Notes under the pieces: model-generated | The model's input: only the letters and a program-made list of their open reading frames with translations | What the model was told of the DNA's origin: nothing | Database searches by the model: none | In this document: positions 35,251 through 49,051 of the stretch, piece after piece | Position numbering within the stretch: the stretch's first letter is position 1 | Layout of the letters: each line of letters opens with the position of its first letter | Source: Octopus sinensis | Lineage: Eukaryota | Direction: 5' to 3' | Length of the DNA: 64,000 bases | Assembly (NCBI RefSeq): GCF_006345805.1 | Contig: NC_043008.1 | Coordinates: 39,122,001 to 39,186,000 of the forward strand | Translations under genes and position numbers: made by a program

Positions 35251-35656
35251 TACTATTTTACTATTTTACTTGCTTCAGTCATTTCACTGCGGCCATGCTG
35301 GAGCACCACCTTTAGTCGAGCAAATCGACCCCAGGACTTATTATTTGTAAGCCTAGTACTTATTCTATCGGTCTCTAAGTTACGGGGACGTAAACACACC
35401 AGCATCGGTTGTCAAGTGATGTTGGGGGGACAAACACAGAAACACAAACATACACACACACACACACATATATATATATACATACATATATAGACCGGGC
35501 TTCTTTCACTTCCGCCTATCAAATCCATTCACAAGGCTTTGGTCGGCCCGAGGCTATAGCAGAAGACACTTGCCCAAGGTGCCATGCAGTGGGACTGAAC
35601 CCGCAACCATGTGTTTGGTAAGCAAGCTTCTTACCACACAGCCACTCCTACGCCTA
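35251..35656 (-). mobile_element. SINE family A
   Basis: Reverse-complement match with a small internal deletion. Confidence 0.88.
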
Positions 35657-37079
35657 CATATTTATATAAATGTATGTGTGCGTGCGTGCGCGCGTATGTG
35701 CGTGTGTGTGTGTGTGTGTGTGTGTAAAATATTGAAGGAAATTGCGTAGAAAATCGTTAATATTTCATAGTCAACAATTTGTATTCTATCCTGAGATAGT
35801 ACTTACTCACTACAAGAGGTGAAACACTACATAGATAGAATTTTCATCGAAAAGTACGAAAATTACGAAGTTTGTTTGGTTTACATAAATGCTCGTATTT
35901 TACAAACTTTGCTGACAAGCTCCGTGAATAATCACAATAAAAATTTCCCTACTTACACGCTAAAATATTTCGATTCTCTTGGAAAATAAGTCGAGGGAAA
36001 AAAACGTATGTATACAATCTCTGTTTATTTGGTCATCACGATTTGTGGAAACCTACAATTTTGCGGTAAAATCAGTTTTGTTTACACGTAGTGGACGTCT
36101 TTAAAACGGTAAACTAACCAATTCCTCACGCATCATTTGATTTATTTATAAACAGAAAGGTGTCTGACTCAAATATCTGTAGATTTCCAGGAAAGCAGTC
36201 ATTGAATATTTACATAATTAACTAATTAATTAACTGCACGTGCCTTTATAGACAGACCATTTTAGACTCTGCGCTTTAAATTAATTTTTCAATCAACTGA
36301 AATTTTACGAAGAGTAGTAAGTTCTGTTTTTTATAGTTAAGATCCCAAATCATATAAGGTCCTGCATTCTTAAATACTTCGATTTAATCTATGATCAATT
36401 GATTTCTTAGATTCCTCTCACTCTCTCTCTCCTCCGTGTGTGTCGCTCTCTCAAGTACACACACTCCCATACACACCCTAGCACGCGCACATGCGCAGAG
36501 TCACATACACAGAGACACACACTTCCTTTATCTAGCTATTAAACATATGTGTATATGAGAATATGTATATAGAAAGATTATAGATATATACTCAAATACA
36601 CATTGATCTTTATTCTCTATCCCAACTAATACCTCTCCCACCTGTGCACGCGTAAATCAATGTATCTTACACCTCTCTTTCTTTCTCTCTCCTTAAGTCT
36701 CCTTATCTCAATATTTCTTTAACAATATACGGGAGGAAACCAAGGAAGAAGACACCAGCACTGATGATCCTACTACCACCAATATCAACATCCAAAAAGG
36801 ACGAAACAGCTAATAAAGGGCTAAATTATAAAGGTAACAGAAAAAAGGATGATGATAGAAGTAACAATTTAATCAAATCTATTCTATACGATCCCTCTCG
36901 ATAACCCCACAATAATAAAAAGTAATAATAAAGGTAAGAAGCTCTAACCGTATATAATATTATATATATACCAGCTCGTAAACGTTCAGCGCTTTAAATT
37001 AATTTTTCAATCAACTGAAGTAACATTGAAGGAAAAAATAAATGAGAGCCACCAAGTAAAAGGAAGAAGTTAGACAGTC

Positions 37080-39335
37080 AATACGGAAGGACACAAACAG
37101 TTAGGAAGCGTGATGACAGCTGGCATGTACACGACGGTGCAAACTGCCGCTTCCTCCATCCAAAATCACATGACAGGCATAAACGAACGCAAAAACCTCA
37201 CTCCAAAAGTCAAAGAAAGCCTCCAAAGGAGGAAACGTTATGCATCACCTGCACCGAAGCGTACTACATTTAAGAGCCAACCCTATCCAGAAGCCATCAC
37301 AAGGGCGGCAGCTGAACAACAAACGTTTTTATGCATGTCTCAAAAGGTTATGCAGCAATTAACCTGGCTCTATCAATTCCAGAGTAATCCCCGCTAGCAC
37401 GCAACACCACAACACCCAATGGATCCAGGGTGGCCACCACTGGCATCACCCTATTGGTCACACCAAGGCGGCGAGCTGGCAGAAACGTTAGCACGCCGGG
37501 CGAAATGCGTAGAAATACATATAGGTCATACCAGTATAATTCATAAATTTAAGAGGACTGTTATAACTCAAGTAACAGAACCAAAATTACCTTCCTGAGA
37601 GACTTATTAGCATGCGATCAAACTTTGTGCATAGCACACACAGAAATGCACCTAAAAGTCGACATCGTAGATACCGAAATACACATACCAAAGTACATGG
37701 TATTGCGAAGCGATAGAAAAGACAGGAACCATGTTGGATTTGCAATGTACATCCGTGAAGACCACACGCCTCACATCCTATTGTCACACTTAGACTCAGT
37801 ATGTGATATATTAATTGTACATAAAACTCGACATAATTATATGTACTACATATCGCTTACCTGATACGAGCTTATCCGAAGACTGCTTTGCAAGTATAGA
37901 AAAGGTTTTAACCAAACTAGAGGAGCACTCCAGTGTACTTCTCATGGGATACTCCAATATGACTAGTGTGGAATGACCTGAATGGTTTTTTCCTCTCTGG
38001 AATGAAGCGGTGAATCTATGTTCAACCTCACCAACAAGTTCTATATCGAGTAAATAATACTCGAACACACCAGGTAAATCAATACACTTGATCTCTGCTT
38101 CACTAACAATATGGATCTCATCCATAATGTGAATGTGACACCGACACTAATCTTGGATCACTATATAATATAGACCAAAGGAAGCCAAAGACAGTCAGTC
38201 TATGAGAAGCACCAAAGTCTATCCAAACTGAACTATGAGAAAGCATACTGGAAATCATTTGAGCAAGAGTTCACCAAACGGGGCTAATCCCCATGTCACT
38301 CAGCACCTGACAAAGGCATGAAATTGAACATTTTCATGTTCATAATGCAAGCCATAATGAAAGGCAGTTTTGCCCCAGAGAGAAGGGCCACTATGTATAA
38401 AAACAAGATTCCCAGAGAGAGAGAAGTTCTTATGGGACGGCGCACAAAGACTGCAACCACCTCAACCGGCAATGAGAAATCTTGCCTTGAAACAGCACTG
38501 CTGGATATTGAGAGCAACAGAGCGCTCCTATGAGAAGGAAAGATCAGACAGAGATGCCTGAGTCATAAGAATAAAATCAGATCCTAAAGCCTTCTTTAGG
38601 TACGCCAAGGAGACTGCCTCTGTGCATTGCAAGGTAGAGCCACTTCGCCAAAATGATGGCTCCCTCACGGGAAATCCAATGAGGATAAATGAATCACTGA
38701 ATAAATAATTCAAATGTGCCCTCACCCCAACCCTACGGCACATGCAAGTTAGCAAACCTGTAGAATTCCTTATCACTATAGAAGCTGAACGTGAGACAGT
38801 AACAATTGATAATATCAACATCGAAGAAGAGGATGTAATACTGGCAATAGTTTGTGTAGATGCAAACTCAGCTGTTGGCCCTGATTGATTTCCAGTCTTT
38901 CTCACGTTTGACAAACGAGTTCGTGCAAAACCATTGCAGCTACTTTTTCAGAGTTTCCTCAGAAATTGTAATCCCCCGGACAAACTAAAGGAGGGAATAA
39001 TATGCCTTATCTACAAATGAGGAAGCAGAACAGGTGCTAAAAACTATAGGCTTATCTCTCAGAACTCACACATCGGCAAAGTCATGGAGCAAATAGTGCG
39101 AAAAAAATTATTTGCATTCCTTCAAGAGAATGACTTGCGGACTGGCTCCCAGCATGGTTTGCGACCAGGTAGAAGTTGCCTGACACAGCTCCTACATTAC
39201 ACCAAGGTGCTACATCAGCTGCGCAGCAACTCAAATATGGACATGATATATTTCCGCTCTGCAAAATCATTTGACAAAGTCGAGCATGGTACGATTTGTC
39301 ACAAGCTGCGTTATCTTAGCATAGTTGGAAAACTA
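37080..39335 (+). mobile_element. Decayed CR1-like LINE (ORF1 zinc-finger trace, APE endonuclease, RT start)
   Basis: GANCRFLHPK trace near 37135. APE-like LCIAHTEMHL...YMVLRSDR (37625). RT-like SQHGLRPGRSCLTQLL...AKSFDKVEHG (39084). Many stops. A SINE B head is inserted near 37466. Confidence 0.75.
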
Positions 39336-39389
39336 TGTATTACAACTTGCTGTGTATATGGCAACTTTAAGAATGGATAGCATAACAAC

Positions 39390-40920
39390 GCATATCTTGG
39401 TGTGGCCCAAGAAACTGGGTCACCTGCTGGATGACTTCTCTTCACTAGGTCTGGATGTGATAGACATCAGCAAAACCAGAATTTCTGACACACCTGCCTT
39501 AGCATTCATTTTTGGCGATTTTGAAATCTTCACATCTCTTATTGGATCCGGTCAGAATGGAAACGAGTTGTTAGTGCCTGGGCCTTGAGATACGGTCGAA
39601 CTTCCAAGACAAGGACTGCAAGCTTATGGTCATGCATTTGAAGAGTAGCGAAGGTGGTCCCTTTTGACTAGTCGCAATATATACCGCGATGGGGTAGGGC
39701 ACTCGTAGTCCTTCAGGTATCTAGATACTTTCCTAGGGACGTCTCATTTTTAAGTGTTAGTGGGCGATTGGACTATCATCATGGCTGCACGTCTGGATTG
39801 TGTGGGGATAGCCGATAAGAGAGGTGGGCATAAAAGTTTCACAAACCTGCTCAGTTTTTGCCAATTGGCCGACGGGTACGGATTTATTTTCCCGAATTCG
39901 CCAATATGGACATGGTTAAACAATATCGGATCAGCCAGATCGTATCCAGATAAGGTACTCTGTAGGCCAGTAGAGAGAGAGGGAGAGGGACAGAGATAAC
40001 TTGCCCGCAATTTTTAGTCATCGGTAACACAAATTAGTGATCCGTAAGGCGGCGAGCTGGCAGAATCGTTAGCACACCGGGCGAAATGCTAAGCGGTATT
40101 TAGTCTGCCGCTGCGTTCTGAGTTCAAATTCCGCCGAGGTCGACTTTGCCTTTCATCCTTTCGGAGTCGATAAATTAAGCACCAGTTACGCACTGGGATC
40201 GATGTAATCGACTTAATCCGTTCGTCTGTCCTTGTTTGTCCCCTCTGTGTTTAGACCCTTGTGGGTAGTAAAGAAATAGGTAATACAAATCAGTGATCCA
40301 TGTGGTCAACCTAGATAGGATGTTTCTATTACCGATTTCCGGTCACTGGAAACTGAACGGCTCTTTCCCGACATACCAAGTGTACGGACGAGAGGACAGG
40401 TTGAGCGGGAGTTGATGGGGGAAATAGTGAACAACCGTTGGTGGTTAGCCCTAGAAAGGGCTATTAGATTAAAATCGATATGATTTAGTGACAGAGTTGT
40501 CAAGAGTAGAGGGTAAACTAGTTTATAACCTAGAAGAGATACTAAGAAAAGGCATTGTGACTGATGCGCTGGCAGTGAGATTAGCTCTTGATTGATTCTT
40601 TAAAATTAAGCACGAAGGTTGTGTTGTCAGAGCTAGAGCACTTGATCTAAGGTATGAGGGAGTGAAAGCCTTTCGGTGCAGGAGGTTAGCAGTGGCACAA
40701 CGCAGCAATAAAGCCACAATTCGATGTCTATCGAATCGAGAAAGGTGTATGCTTCTAGATTCCCTGGAGATGTGCGCAGTTTTTCAAAGGCACTTTGCTT
40801 AACTGTTTGGGCCGGAGACGGAATAAGTGGATTTCACCAGCTAACTCGACGACACGCCTCAGTTTTCAAATGGAGATTCAGAGTTCTGCGAAAGGCCGAT
40901 AACGGCTAACGAAATAAATA
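39390..40920 (+). mobile_element. Decayed L1/Tx1-like LINE endonuclease region
   Basis: LDVIDISKTR and LVGDW...WTWLNNIGSARSYPDKV resemble APE motifs; interrupted by a SINE. Confidence 0.55.
40046..40281 (+). mobile_element. SINE family B with 15-bp TSD (1 mismatch)
   Basis: ACAAATTAGTGATCC at 40029-40043 and ACAAATCAGTGATCC at 40285-40299. Confidence 0.9.
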
Positions 40921-41171
40921 GAAACGATGGTGAGAACAATGGAGAAGTCACCGAGACTGAAAGTCTGCACTGCAAGTTGTATCGGCATATGTCAGAATTG
41001 TTCTGAGGCCTCTTCGCAGATGCCTACTGCAACAGACATCTGAGCGGAAAAATGATCAGTTTTCCCAAAAGATGTATGGTCGTGCTGCCGAGAAAAGACC
41101 TGAAGAAGGGGGCAACGTTAATAACTTCATCCTCATAATACTCTTCTATACTTTAGAGATGAGGAATTCTG

Positions 41172-41851
<680 letters not shown>

Positions 41852-42766
41852 TCAGTTTCATAACTCTGCTGAATGCAGATTTGGAGATTTTGGTATTTAT
41901 TAAGATGTTGGTGCTTGTCGGTATATTTGTGGGTTAATATGTTTCATTGCCTTATCATAGGAAGGCTACTTTCTTCGTCCCATGGTGATTTTCACCGAAG
42001 CTATCCACATCAAATTTTCTTTCTTCTTGTTTACTTCTCTTTGCCATTGCTCAAATTTAAAGTGTTGCATTCTATTCCTTTGCTGCATTCTCTTGATTCT
42101 CTGAATAATTATGGGCGCCCGTCTGATTTCCCTATGTTGGTTCTTGTAATTCTAGATTGATCTTCCTCGGGATTACTTCAATTTCCAAGTCAGAGAGATG
42201 CTTATTATTTCTCATAACCAATTCCTGGTTTACTAGCTATTGTTAACTGAGTTTAAATACTCACGCATCATTACAAATGTCCAGTATTCAATCTGCAAAT
42301 CCTCGCCCCTTTGGATTAACTCTCAGTTAACATTCCATTGATAATAAGCTGACATCTAATTTATACAAGAGAAGCAGAGAGATATTTGAGTCGGTGACGA
42401 TGTGACGCAAGGCACCTCGGGGGCAAGAGAGCTTTATGAGAAGCTCCAGTCTCAATCACATCTATTTTCCTTAAATTTAAATGTAACTAACACATAGAAG
42501 CAGATAACCAAAAGTATACACGTATTCACACGGAAATATACACAAACACATATAGAAACACATACGCACACACACGCTAGTAATGTGCTTACATATATAT
42601 GTATTCATTCACACATAGTTACTTACATCAAGCATACATATACACAAGGAGAAAAGTTGATCATGGTTGTCTTTTGTTATGATTAAATTGCTCTGAAAAG
42701 ACGCCGTTGTTGCTATTTACCATAGAAGCGGTATTCTTTAAACGCCAACGGAAGATATATTCCTGC

Positions 42767-42801
42767 TATAAACGGAAATTGTAAAAAAACACAAGTCAAA
42801 G
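42767..42801 (+). promoter_or_regulatory. Candidate TATA box plus initiator for rGC copy 2
   Basis: TATAAA at 42767-42772 and the A of TCA at 42798, inside the ~130-bp upstream block shared with copy 1. Confidence 0.4.
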
Positions 42802-42825
42802 CTTCGAAAATATTCGAAAAGAAAT

Positions 42826-45800
42826 ATGAAACTTTTACGTTTACTTTTTATACTATTCAATTTTTTGCCTTCAAATAATGGGAAATATATTATCAAGTTT
42901 AAAGGAGAGCATTTCCCTCCAAGTAGCATTCCTTCTAATCCACTGGATCTCTACTATTCTGTCCCACTAAATCAAACGATTAGCAAATCAATAATTGCCG
43001 TGTTACAATTTAAGAACGGGACTCTGTTTACACCAAAAGCAACATTAAACATAACAGCAAAAGTGACATCACTGGATGTTAAAACAGCCGAAAACAGTTC
43101 CAATTCAGATACTTGGGCTGAGAGTGGAGGTAAATTGTGTCAGAAAACAGCATGGTGGCTGGGTTATCCGGAGAGATTAAATAGAAAATATGCGAAAACC
43201 CGGTGTGGGTCACCGAATTCTAAAGTTCAATTGAACATTGAAATATTTAAAGGAGAAATAATAATTGACTGGATCTACCATGAACATACAATATTACCGC
43301 CTGGCCCACGTGTGCTGAGAATTGAGGTCCCCAAATATCACGCAAAAACTGATACTAATCCAATACGCATTACAGTTCCTGCACATCATTTGAGAATTAC
43401 CAAACAACCTCCAGCATCAGTAAAAGCGAACCATAATTTCGATGTTGAGGTCGAAATTCGGGATAGCAGCAATAAACGAGTAGAAGATGGCCTTGATTCA
43501 GTGGCATTTGTTATATTAACAGTTCCATATGACTATAAGAAATTCTATGCCGACAAAAAGAGAGAAATGATTTTAGCTACGACAGAAGTTACGCTGGACG
43601 CTGATGAATTTTTGCTACATCTCAACACACGAGATTTGTCTATTCGTAAACAAGCGGTGAAGGGTAAAGTTGTTTTCCGAACTATTCGAATTTTAGATGC
43701 TGTTGACAGTTTACAGTTAAACATAACAATGACCAGGGTACGTGATCCTTTTACTAGAATTCCATCTTGTCCGTCTTGCTATATCGATTTTGATCACTAT
43801 AAAATTTCAGATGATGGCAAATATTTTCTGTTCACTCGTGTGACAGGTGCGAAACAGGGGAATATATTGCCTATGATTTTCACGTCTTTAATAAGCATCG
43901 AGGTTCAGCTTATAACGAAATTAGTTCTCGATGAAAAAGTGATGGAAAGATGGAATAAAATTCGAGATCCCAAAACGAAAAGAATCCCTATATTACTAAG
44001 TTCCTTCATCCCTGGTGGATTTTCTCTTATTGCGTTGGATAGCGATGAGCGTCAAGTATATTCTGGGCCATATTCAAATAATGATTTAATATTTGATACT
44101 ATCCCGGCTGGAGTTTGTATCTCCAATGATAAATATGCTAAGTTAAAAAGGGGAAGGGCTATGTTACTTATATCAATATGTCAGCTAATTGACAAAGTAC
44201 AATTCATAATATATATCCAAGGCAAGCAATCTATTTCGTATACAACACCAGAGTTTACTGTCCGAGGGAATTATTCAATTGCCCACTTTGGAGATTTTCA
44301 CTACAGTGGGTCTGGAAATAACGTTGATTCTCACATAAATACTTTCATTCAACTTGCTGTAAATGACATCAACAATGGAATATTAGTTCCGTATTTGAAA
44401 AGCAGAGGCGTGTGGTTCAGTGTTAAAAGCGTGGATACAAAGAGTGATGTATCGACTGCATATAAAAAATTACTGGATTTTACTTCAGATACGAATTTGC
44501 TTCGTTATGATAATATCCGCATAGTAATTGGTAGCGTGTCAACAGAGATCACTGAAGCAGTGTACCCATTACTTTTAAAAGGCCGTGTACCATTTATCTC
44601 AACCGTTAATATTGGACATAAGTTCTCCAAAAGCGAAACACACAGGTATTTCAATAGAGTTTGCTGGACTGAGCAAAGACTTATCAATTCGGTGCTACAG
44701 GCCGCGAAAGAGCGTAAATGGTCTAAGATAATAATAATCCGTTACTATGACACTGTAGTGAGCGAATTATTTTATGTTCTTTTGCTTAAATATGGAATTA
44801 ATCTGGCTGGAAATATTGTGCTTCCGGAAATAAAGTATGATAATAAAAGCGGTATGCCTACTAGGCACTTCTTTACTGAACTGATACAAGTTTCAACTCT
44901 GGGTAGTAAAATAATTTTTTTTTTTGCCCCAAAGTCTGTTCAACCCCATGCTTTACGTGAGGCATACTTGTCTGGCCTCTCTTCGTTGCATGGTTTTCAA
45001 TGGGTGTTATTTGGTGAACATGTCTGGCAATTCCCGTTTGATGATGAAGGTGTATGCAACAGCAATGTAAAATGCACACAAGTATTTGCAGGTACAAATT
45101 TGATTAGCGAACAATATAATATAAGCGGCTATAGTTCATCTGACTGGTTTCGAGTATTCGGTAACTGGTTTGCAGCCGACAAAACTATATACAAAGGCGG
45201 AAGTGTCAGCTACAGACCCAACTATATTGGTGCAAGAATGGGGCTTGGATACGATGCTGTGCATCTTTATGCAGCCATGCTGGCAAAAATCCTTCGTCAA
45301 CAACTGACAGCAACCGGTAAACTACAAGCAGATAAATTACGAAATCTAAAGATCCATGGTTTGACTTCTGATCTTGAACTTGATAAGCATGGAAACCGTA
45401 TTGGTTACTTTGCATTTTTAGCGCAAATTAATCCCAATACTAACCGAACAGGTTCAGGCGAAGACAGAGTCTTAGAATTTATTAGGTTCATCCAGAAAAT
45501 CAACGAGTCTTCCCAGCTAGAGATACCATATACTGAGAAAGGAGATTACGAAAGATTGGATAAACAGGCTAAGTTCGTACTTCCCAAATCGGATAAATAC
45601 AATACACGTCGATATATGTCTTATTCAGGTATGATTGACGTAATCACACAGAGATTTGTTAAACATCCCGGAGAAACGTGGCCGCCAGTTTTGATGCTGA
45701 GGAAGGAAGAAGTCGTAGCTCCTTTTTTTTGTAAAATTCCGTGTGGGTTAAATCTGGTAAGCCCCGAGAATGTAAATATTTACGATTCTGGTACTTGTGT

Positions 45801-47895
45801 TGCAGGTGAAAAATGCATATGCAAAGATGGCTACAAAGGAGACACATGCGATATTGTAGAGTGTGAATGTAAGTTCGGTTATTGCGAAGTGCCAAGGGAA
45901 TGTATTTGTTATTCAGGCTATTCGGGTGCCAAATGTGAGAAGGCAAATTGCACTTGTTTACATGGAGTATGCGCTCGACCTTTCGACTGTAACTGTTACT
46001 CCTGGATGTATGTAGGAGAACACTGTGACATACATATCACGCGGATTCTGATGTATACCGGTTTGATTTTTCTAGCAGTATGCTTCTTTATATACTTTTT
46101 TAGTGTAAAGTTCATAGAACACAAACAGAAACGATTAGCTCTCGCTAATACTGACTGGATTGTCGATTGGACACTTGTTGAAGTTGTAAATCTAAGTCTT
46201 GTCTCATTTCCTTATAACAGCAAATGTGCAACAATGACTCAGAGATACAGATGGAAAGAACAAAATTGGTATGTAAATTTCATTAACAGTAATACAATAG
46301 ATAGAAAAAATGAAACTCTTATTCTCGAAATGGTTGGCTTGATTAAGCTTAGACACGAGAATCTTATTCAATTTGGTGGTGCTTGTCTGGTGAAACCTAA
46401 TGTCAGTCTGTTTGTCGAATTCCTTGATAAGGGAAGTTTAGAGGACGTTTTGGCGAATGAAGCGGTGGATCTTGGATGGGATTTCCGCTTTTCCTTTCTG
46501 AAAGACATATGTCGTGGTATGGAATATATCCACGACGTATCGAGCATTATGTCCCACGGCCGTTTAAAATCTTCAAACTGTTTATTAGATAATCGGTGGA
46601 CTGTACGCCTCGCTGGTTTTGGAGCACACATCATTCGTTATGGGGAGAACAGAATTCCAAATGAGAAAACCCCAGAAGAAAGGAAACAGCTTCTCTGGAC
46701 AGCGCCTGAATTGTTAAAGAATGTCTCAGATTTAGATGGAATCAAGGAGGGTACACCGCCTGGTGATGTGTATTCATTCGCAATAGTCACATGCGAAATT
46801 ATTACAAGAGCGCCTCCTTATGAATACGAACAAACTTATTTATCTGCACAAGAAATTATCGGTTTAATAAAACATAAATTTACCAAGGCGTCACGGCGAA
46901 TTTGGGAAGATATCGGTGGAGAGCACATGCTTTACACAAGACCAATTATAAAAGAAGAACTTTTCCCGACAAATACAACCACTCATGAGTTATTTGCCAA
47001 GATGATTGGACAATGTTGGCAGGAGGAACCTTTAGCCAGACCCGCTTTTAACAAAATCATTACTATGCTTATGGAAATATATCCTATGAAAGGTGAACTT
47101 ATAGACAATTTAATTTATCTATTGGAGACGTATTCTAGTAGTTTAGAAGTTGTTGTTATTGAAAGAACAAAAGAACTTGAAAAGAGCAAGGCTAGAGCAG
47201 AAATGCTACTTGGCCAAATGCTTCCAAGGAAAGTAGCGAACGACATAAGAGAGGGAAACAAAATTTATCCAGAGTATTTTGAATGTGTCACCGTATTCTT
47301 TAGCGACATTGCCAATTTCTATATGATATGCAAAGAAAGTAACCCAATCGAGATTGTGAACTTTTTGAATGAGATTTATAATGCATTCGACAAAGTTCTC
47401 GATGATTATGATGTTTATAAAGTAGAAACTATCAGTGACTCATATATGGTGGTGAGTGGTCTCCCAGAGAAGAATGAGAATCGCCATGCTGGAGAAATTG
47501 CAACAATGGCTTTAGATCTGATGTCAACGGTGATGGTGTTTGAAATACCACATATGCCAAAATCTACTTTACAATTACGAATTGGAATACATTCTGGATC
47601 AGCGGTTAGCGGTGTGGTTGGTAAACTTATGCCTCGGTATTGTTTGTTCGGAGACACTGTGAACACAGCTTCGAGGATGGAGACCAGTTGTTATGCCCTG
47701 CGAATTCAAGTGAGTGAGACTACAGCTGGCATTCTTGAAGAATTAGGGGGATATGCCTTGGAATCAAGAGGCCAGATAAATGTGAAAGGACGAGGGATGA
47801 TGACAACCTACTGGCTTTGGGGCAAAGACACCTTCAAAAAAATGTTGCCGGATCAATCACTAGCTTTGTCGATTTCTAAACACAAATTTAAGTGA
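42826..47895 (+). CDS. Receptor (membrane) guanylyl cyclase, intronless, 1689 aa (copy 2, tandem paralogue)
   Basis: Same architecture and motifs as 24734-29815, colinear at an offset of 18,092 bp with 4 aa of indels. Confidence 0.96.
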   Translation: MKLLRLLFILFNFLPSNNGKYIIKFKGEHFPPSSIPSNPLDLYYSVPLNQTISKSIIAVLQFKNGTLFTPKATLNITAKVTSLDVKTAENSSNSDTWAESGGKLCQKTAWWLGYPERLNRKYAKTRCGSPNSKVQLNIEIFKGEIIIDWIYHEHTILPPGPRVLRIEVPKYHAKTDTNPIRITVPAHHLRITKQPPASVKANHNFDVEVEIRDSSNKRVEDGLDSVAFVILTVPYDYKKFYADKKREMILATTEVTLDADEFLLHLNTRDLSIRKQAVKGKVVFRTIRILDAVDSLQLNITMTRVRDPFTRIPSCPSCYIDFDHYKISDDGKYFLFTRVTGAKQGNILPMIFTSLISIEVQLITKLVLDEKVMERWNKIRDPKTKRIPILLSSFIPGGFSLIALDSDERQVYSGPYSNNDLIFDTIPAGVCISNDKYAKLKRGRAMLLISICQLIDKVQFIIYIQGKQSISYTTPEFTVRGNYSIAHFGDFHYSGSGNNVDSHINTFIQLAVNDINNGILVPYLKSRGVWFSVKSVDTKSDVSTAYKKLLDFTSDTNLLRYDNIRIVIGSVSTEITEAVYPLLLKGRVPFISTVNIGHKFSKSETHRYFNRVCWTEQRLINSVLQAAKERKWSKIIIIRYYDTVVSELFYVLLLKYGINLAGNIVLPEIKYDNKSGMPTRHFFTELIQVSTLGSKIIFFFAPKSVQPHALREAYLSGLSSLHGFQWVLFGEHVWQFPFDDEGVCNSNVKCTQVFAGTNLISEQYNISGYSSSDWFRVFGNWFAADKTIYKGGSVSYRPNYIGARMGLGYDAVHLYAAMLAKILRQQLTATGKLQADKLRNLKIHGLTSDLELDKHGNRIGYFAFLAQINPNTNRTGSGEDRVLEFIRFIQKINESSQLEIPYTEKGDYERLDKQAKFVLPKSDKYNTRRYMSYSGMIDVITQRFVKHPGETWPPVLMLRKEEVVAPFFCKIPCGLNLVSPENVNIYDSGTCVAGEKCICKDGYKGDTCDIVECECKFGYCEVPRECICYSGYSGAKCEKANCTCLHGVCARPFDCNCYSWMYVGEHCDIHITRILMYTGLIFLAVCFFIYFFSVKFIEHKQKRLALANTDWIVDWTLVEVVNLSLVSFPYNSKCATMTQRYRWKEQNWYVNFINSNTIDRKNETLILEMVGLIKLRHENLIQFGGACLVKPNVSLFVEFLDKGSLEDVLANEAVDLGWDFRFSFLKDICRGMEYIHDVSSIMSHGRLKSSNCLLDNRWTVRLAGFGAHIIRYGENRIPNEKTPEERKQLLWTAPELLKNVSDLDGIKEGTPPGDVYSFAIVTCEIITRAPPYEYEQTYLSAQEIIGLIKHKFTKASRRIWEDIGGEHMLYTRPIIKEELFPTNTTTHELFAKMIGQCWQEEPLARPAFNKIITMLMEIYPMKGELIDNLIYLLETYSSSLEVVVIERTKELEKSKARAEMLLGQMLPRKVANDIREGNKIYPEYFECVTVFFSDIANFYMICKESNPIEIVNFLNEIYNAFDKVLDDYDVYKVETISDSYMVVSGLPEKNENRHAGEIATMALDLMSTVMVFEIPHMPKSTLQLRIGIHSGSAVSGVVGKLMPRYCLFGDTVNTASRMETSCYALRIQVSETTAGILEELGGYALESRGQINVKGRGMMTTYWLWGKDTFKKMLPDQSLALSISKHKFK

Positions 47896-47899
47896 GAAA

Positions 47900-48160
47900 A
47901 TCATTTTGATGTTAATAATATGAATTTTGAGTATGTTGATGACATTGATGATGACGATGCTGCTGGTGGTGTTGGAGGTGTTATTGAGGATGATGGTGAT
48001 TATGATAGTAATGATGACAATGATGATGATGAGGATGTTGATGAAAGATGATGATGATAAAAATGACGATGACGATGATGATAATGATAAAGACGACGAC
48101 GAGGACGGTTTCTTTGTCGTTACCTGTGTTAGTGATGATGATGAGGAGGAATATGAATAG
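47900..48160. repeat. Degenerate (GAT)n/(GAC)n tract 3' of rGC copy 2
   Basis: Directly visible. Confidence 0.85.
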
Positions 48161-48459
48161 GCCTCCCAATCTGCTTTGATGATGAGTATCGTTGATCGAA
48201 TTCATAGAAGTAGTTTGTTACTGGTTGTCAGTGGATCGCCTCTGTACCTCATGAGAGAAATGGAAATTTTGTACTCAGTATGATTAGAAATGTAGAACTT
48301 CCAAATTCAATCGATATAAAAAAATTACGCAAGTCATTTTGTGTGACTCATTATTTCTTCCCAATCCGTGTTGTCATAACAGCAACATCAGAAACAGAAA
48401 CAGTAGCAGCGGTTGCAGCAACAACAACAATAACAAGAAAAACAACAAGAATCCTAATC

Positions 48460-48575
48460 AGGCAGAATCATTATCTCGCTGGACGAAAGGCTTATCGGTA
48501 TTTCGTTCTGAGTTCAAATTCCGCTGAGGTCCACTTTGCCCTTCATATTTTCAGGGTCTGTAAATTAAGCACCAA
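48460..48575 (+). mobile_element. Degenerate SINE family B fragment
   Basis: GGTATTTCGTTCTGAGTTCAAATTCCGCTGAGGTCCACTTTGCC. Confidence 0.7.
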
Positions 48576-49051
48576 TCACATTAAAATACCCGCGGCATAT
48601 CGATAGATTTCAGAGTTTACGATATATACTCATGGATATTTATTGACTATATCATCTACCCTATGAATATTCTCTCTACAACTCATTCTGAACTAAAATT
48701 TGGCATTTAACTCAATGATAACGGAAGAAATAGCAGACGTAACAAGGACAGAACAATGAAAATCATAACATTTACTTTCTTTCTCATAAAATTAGAGTAA
48801 TGTTGCCTTCTCACAATCTTTTTACTAATTTCCTGATAAATATTTTTTATAATATCGAATTTGCTTGTACGTAACAGAACTAGTGGGTGTGTTTATTAGT
48901 GGTATAATGAACCCACCAAATACAATATGCATTTCAACACAAGAGATCACATCAAGAATCTTGTAAGTTAAATACGAAGAGAAAATACATACATACAAAC
49001 ATTTGCACGCACACACACATACATAAATGCACACACACACATATATACATA

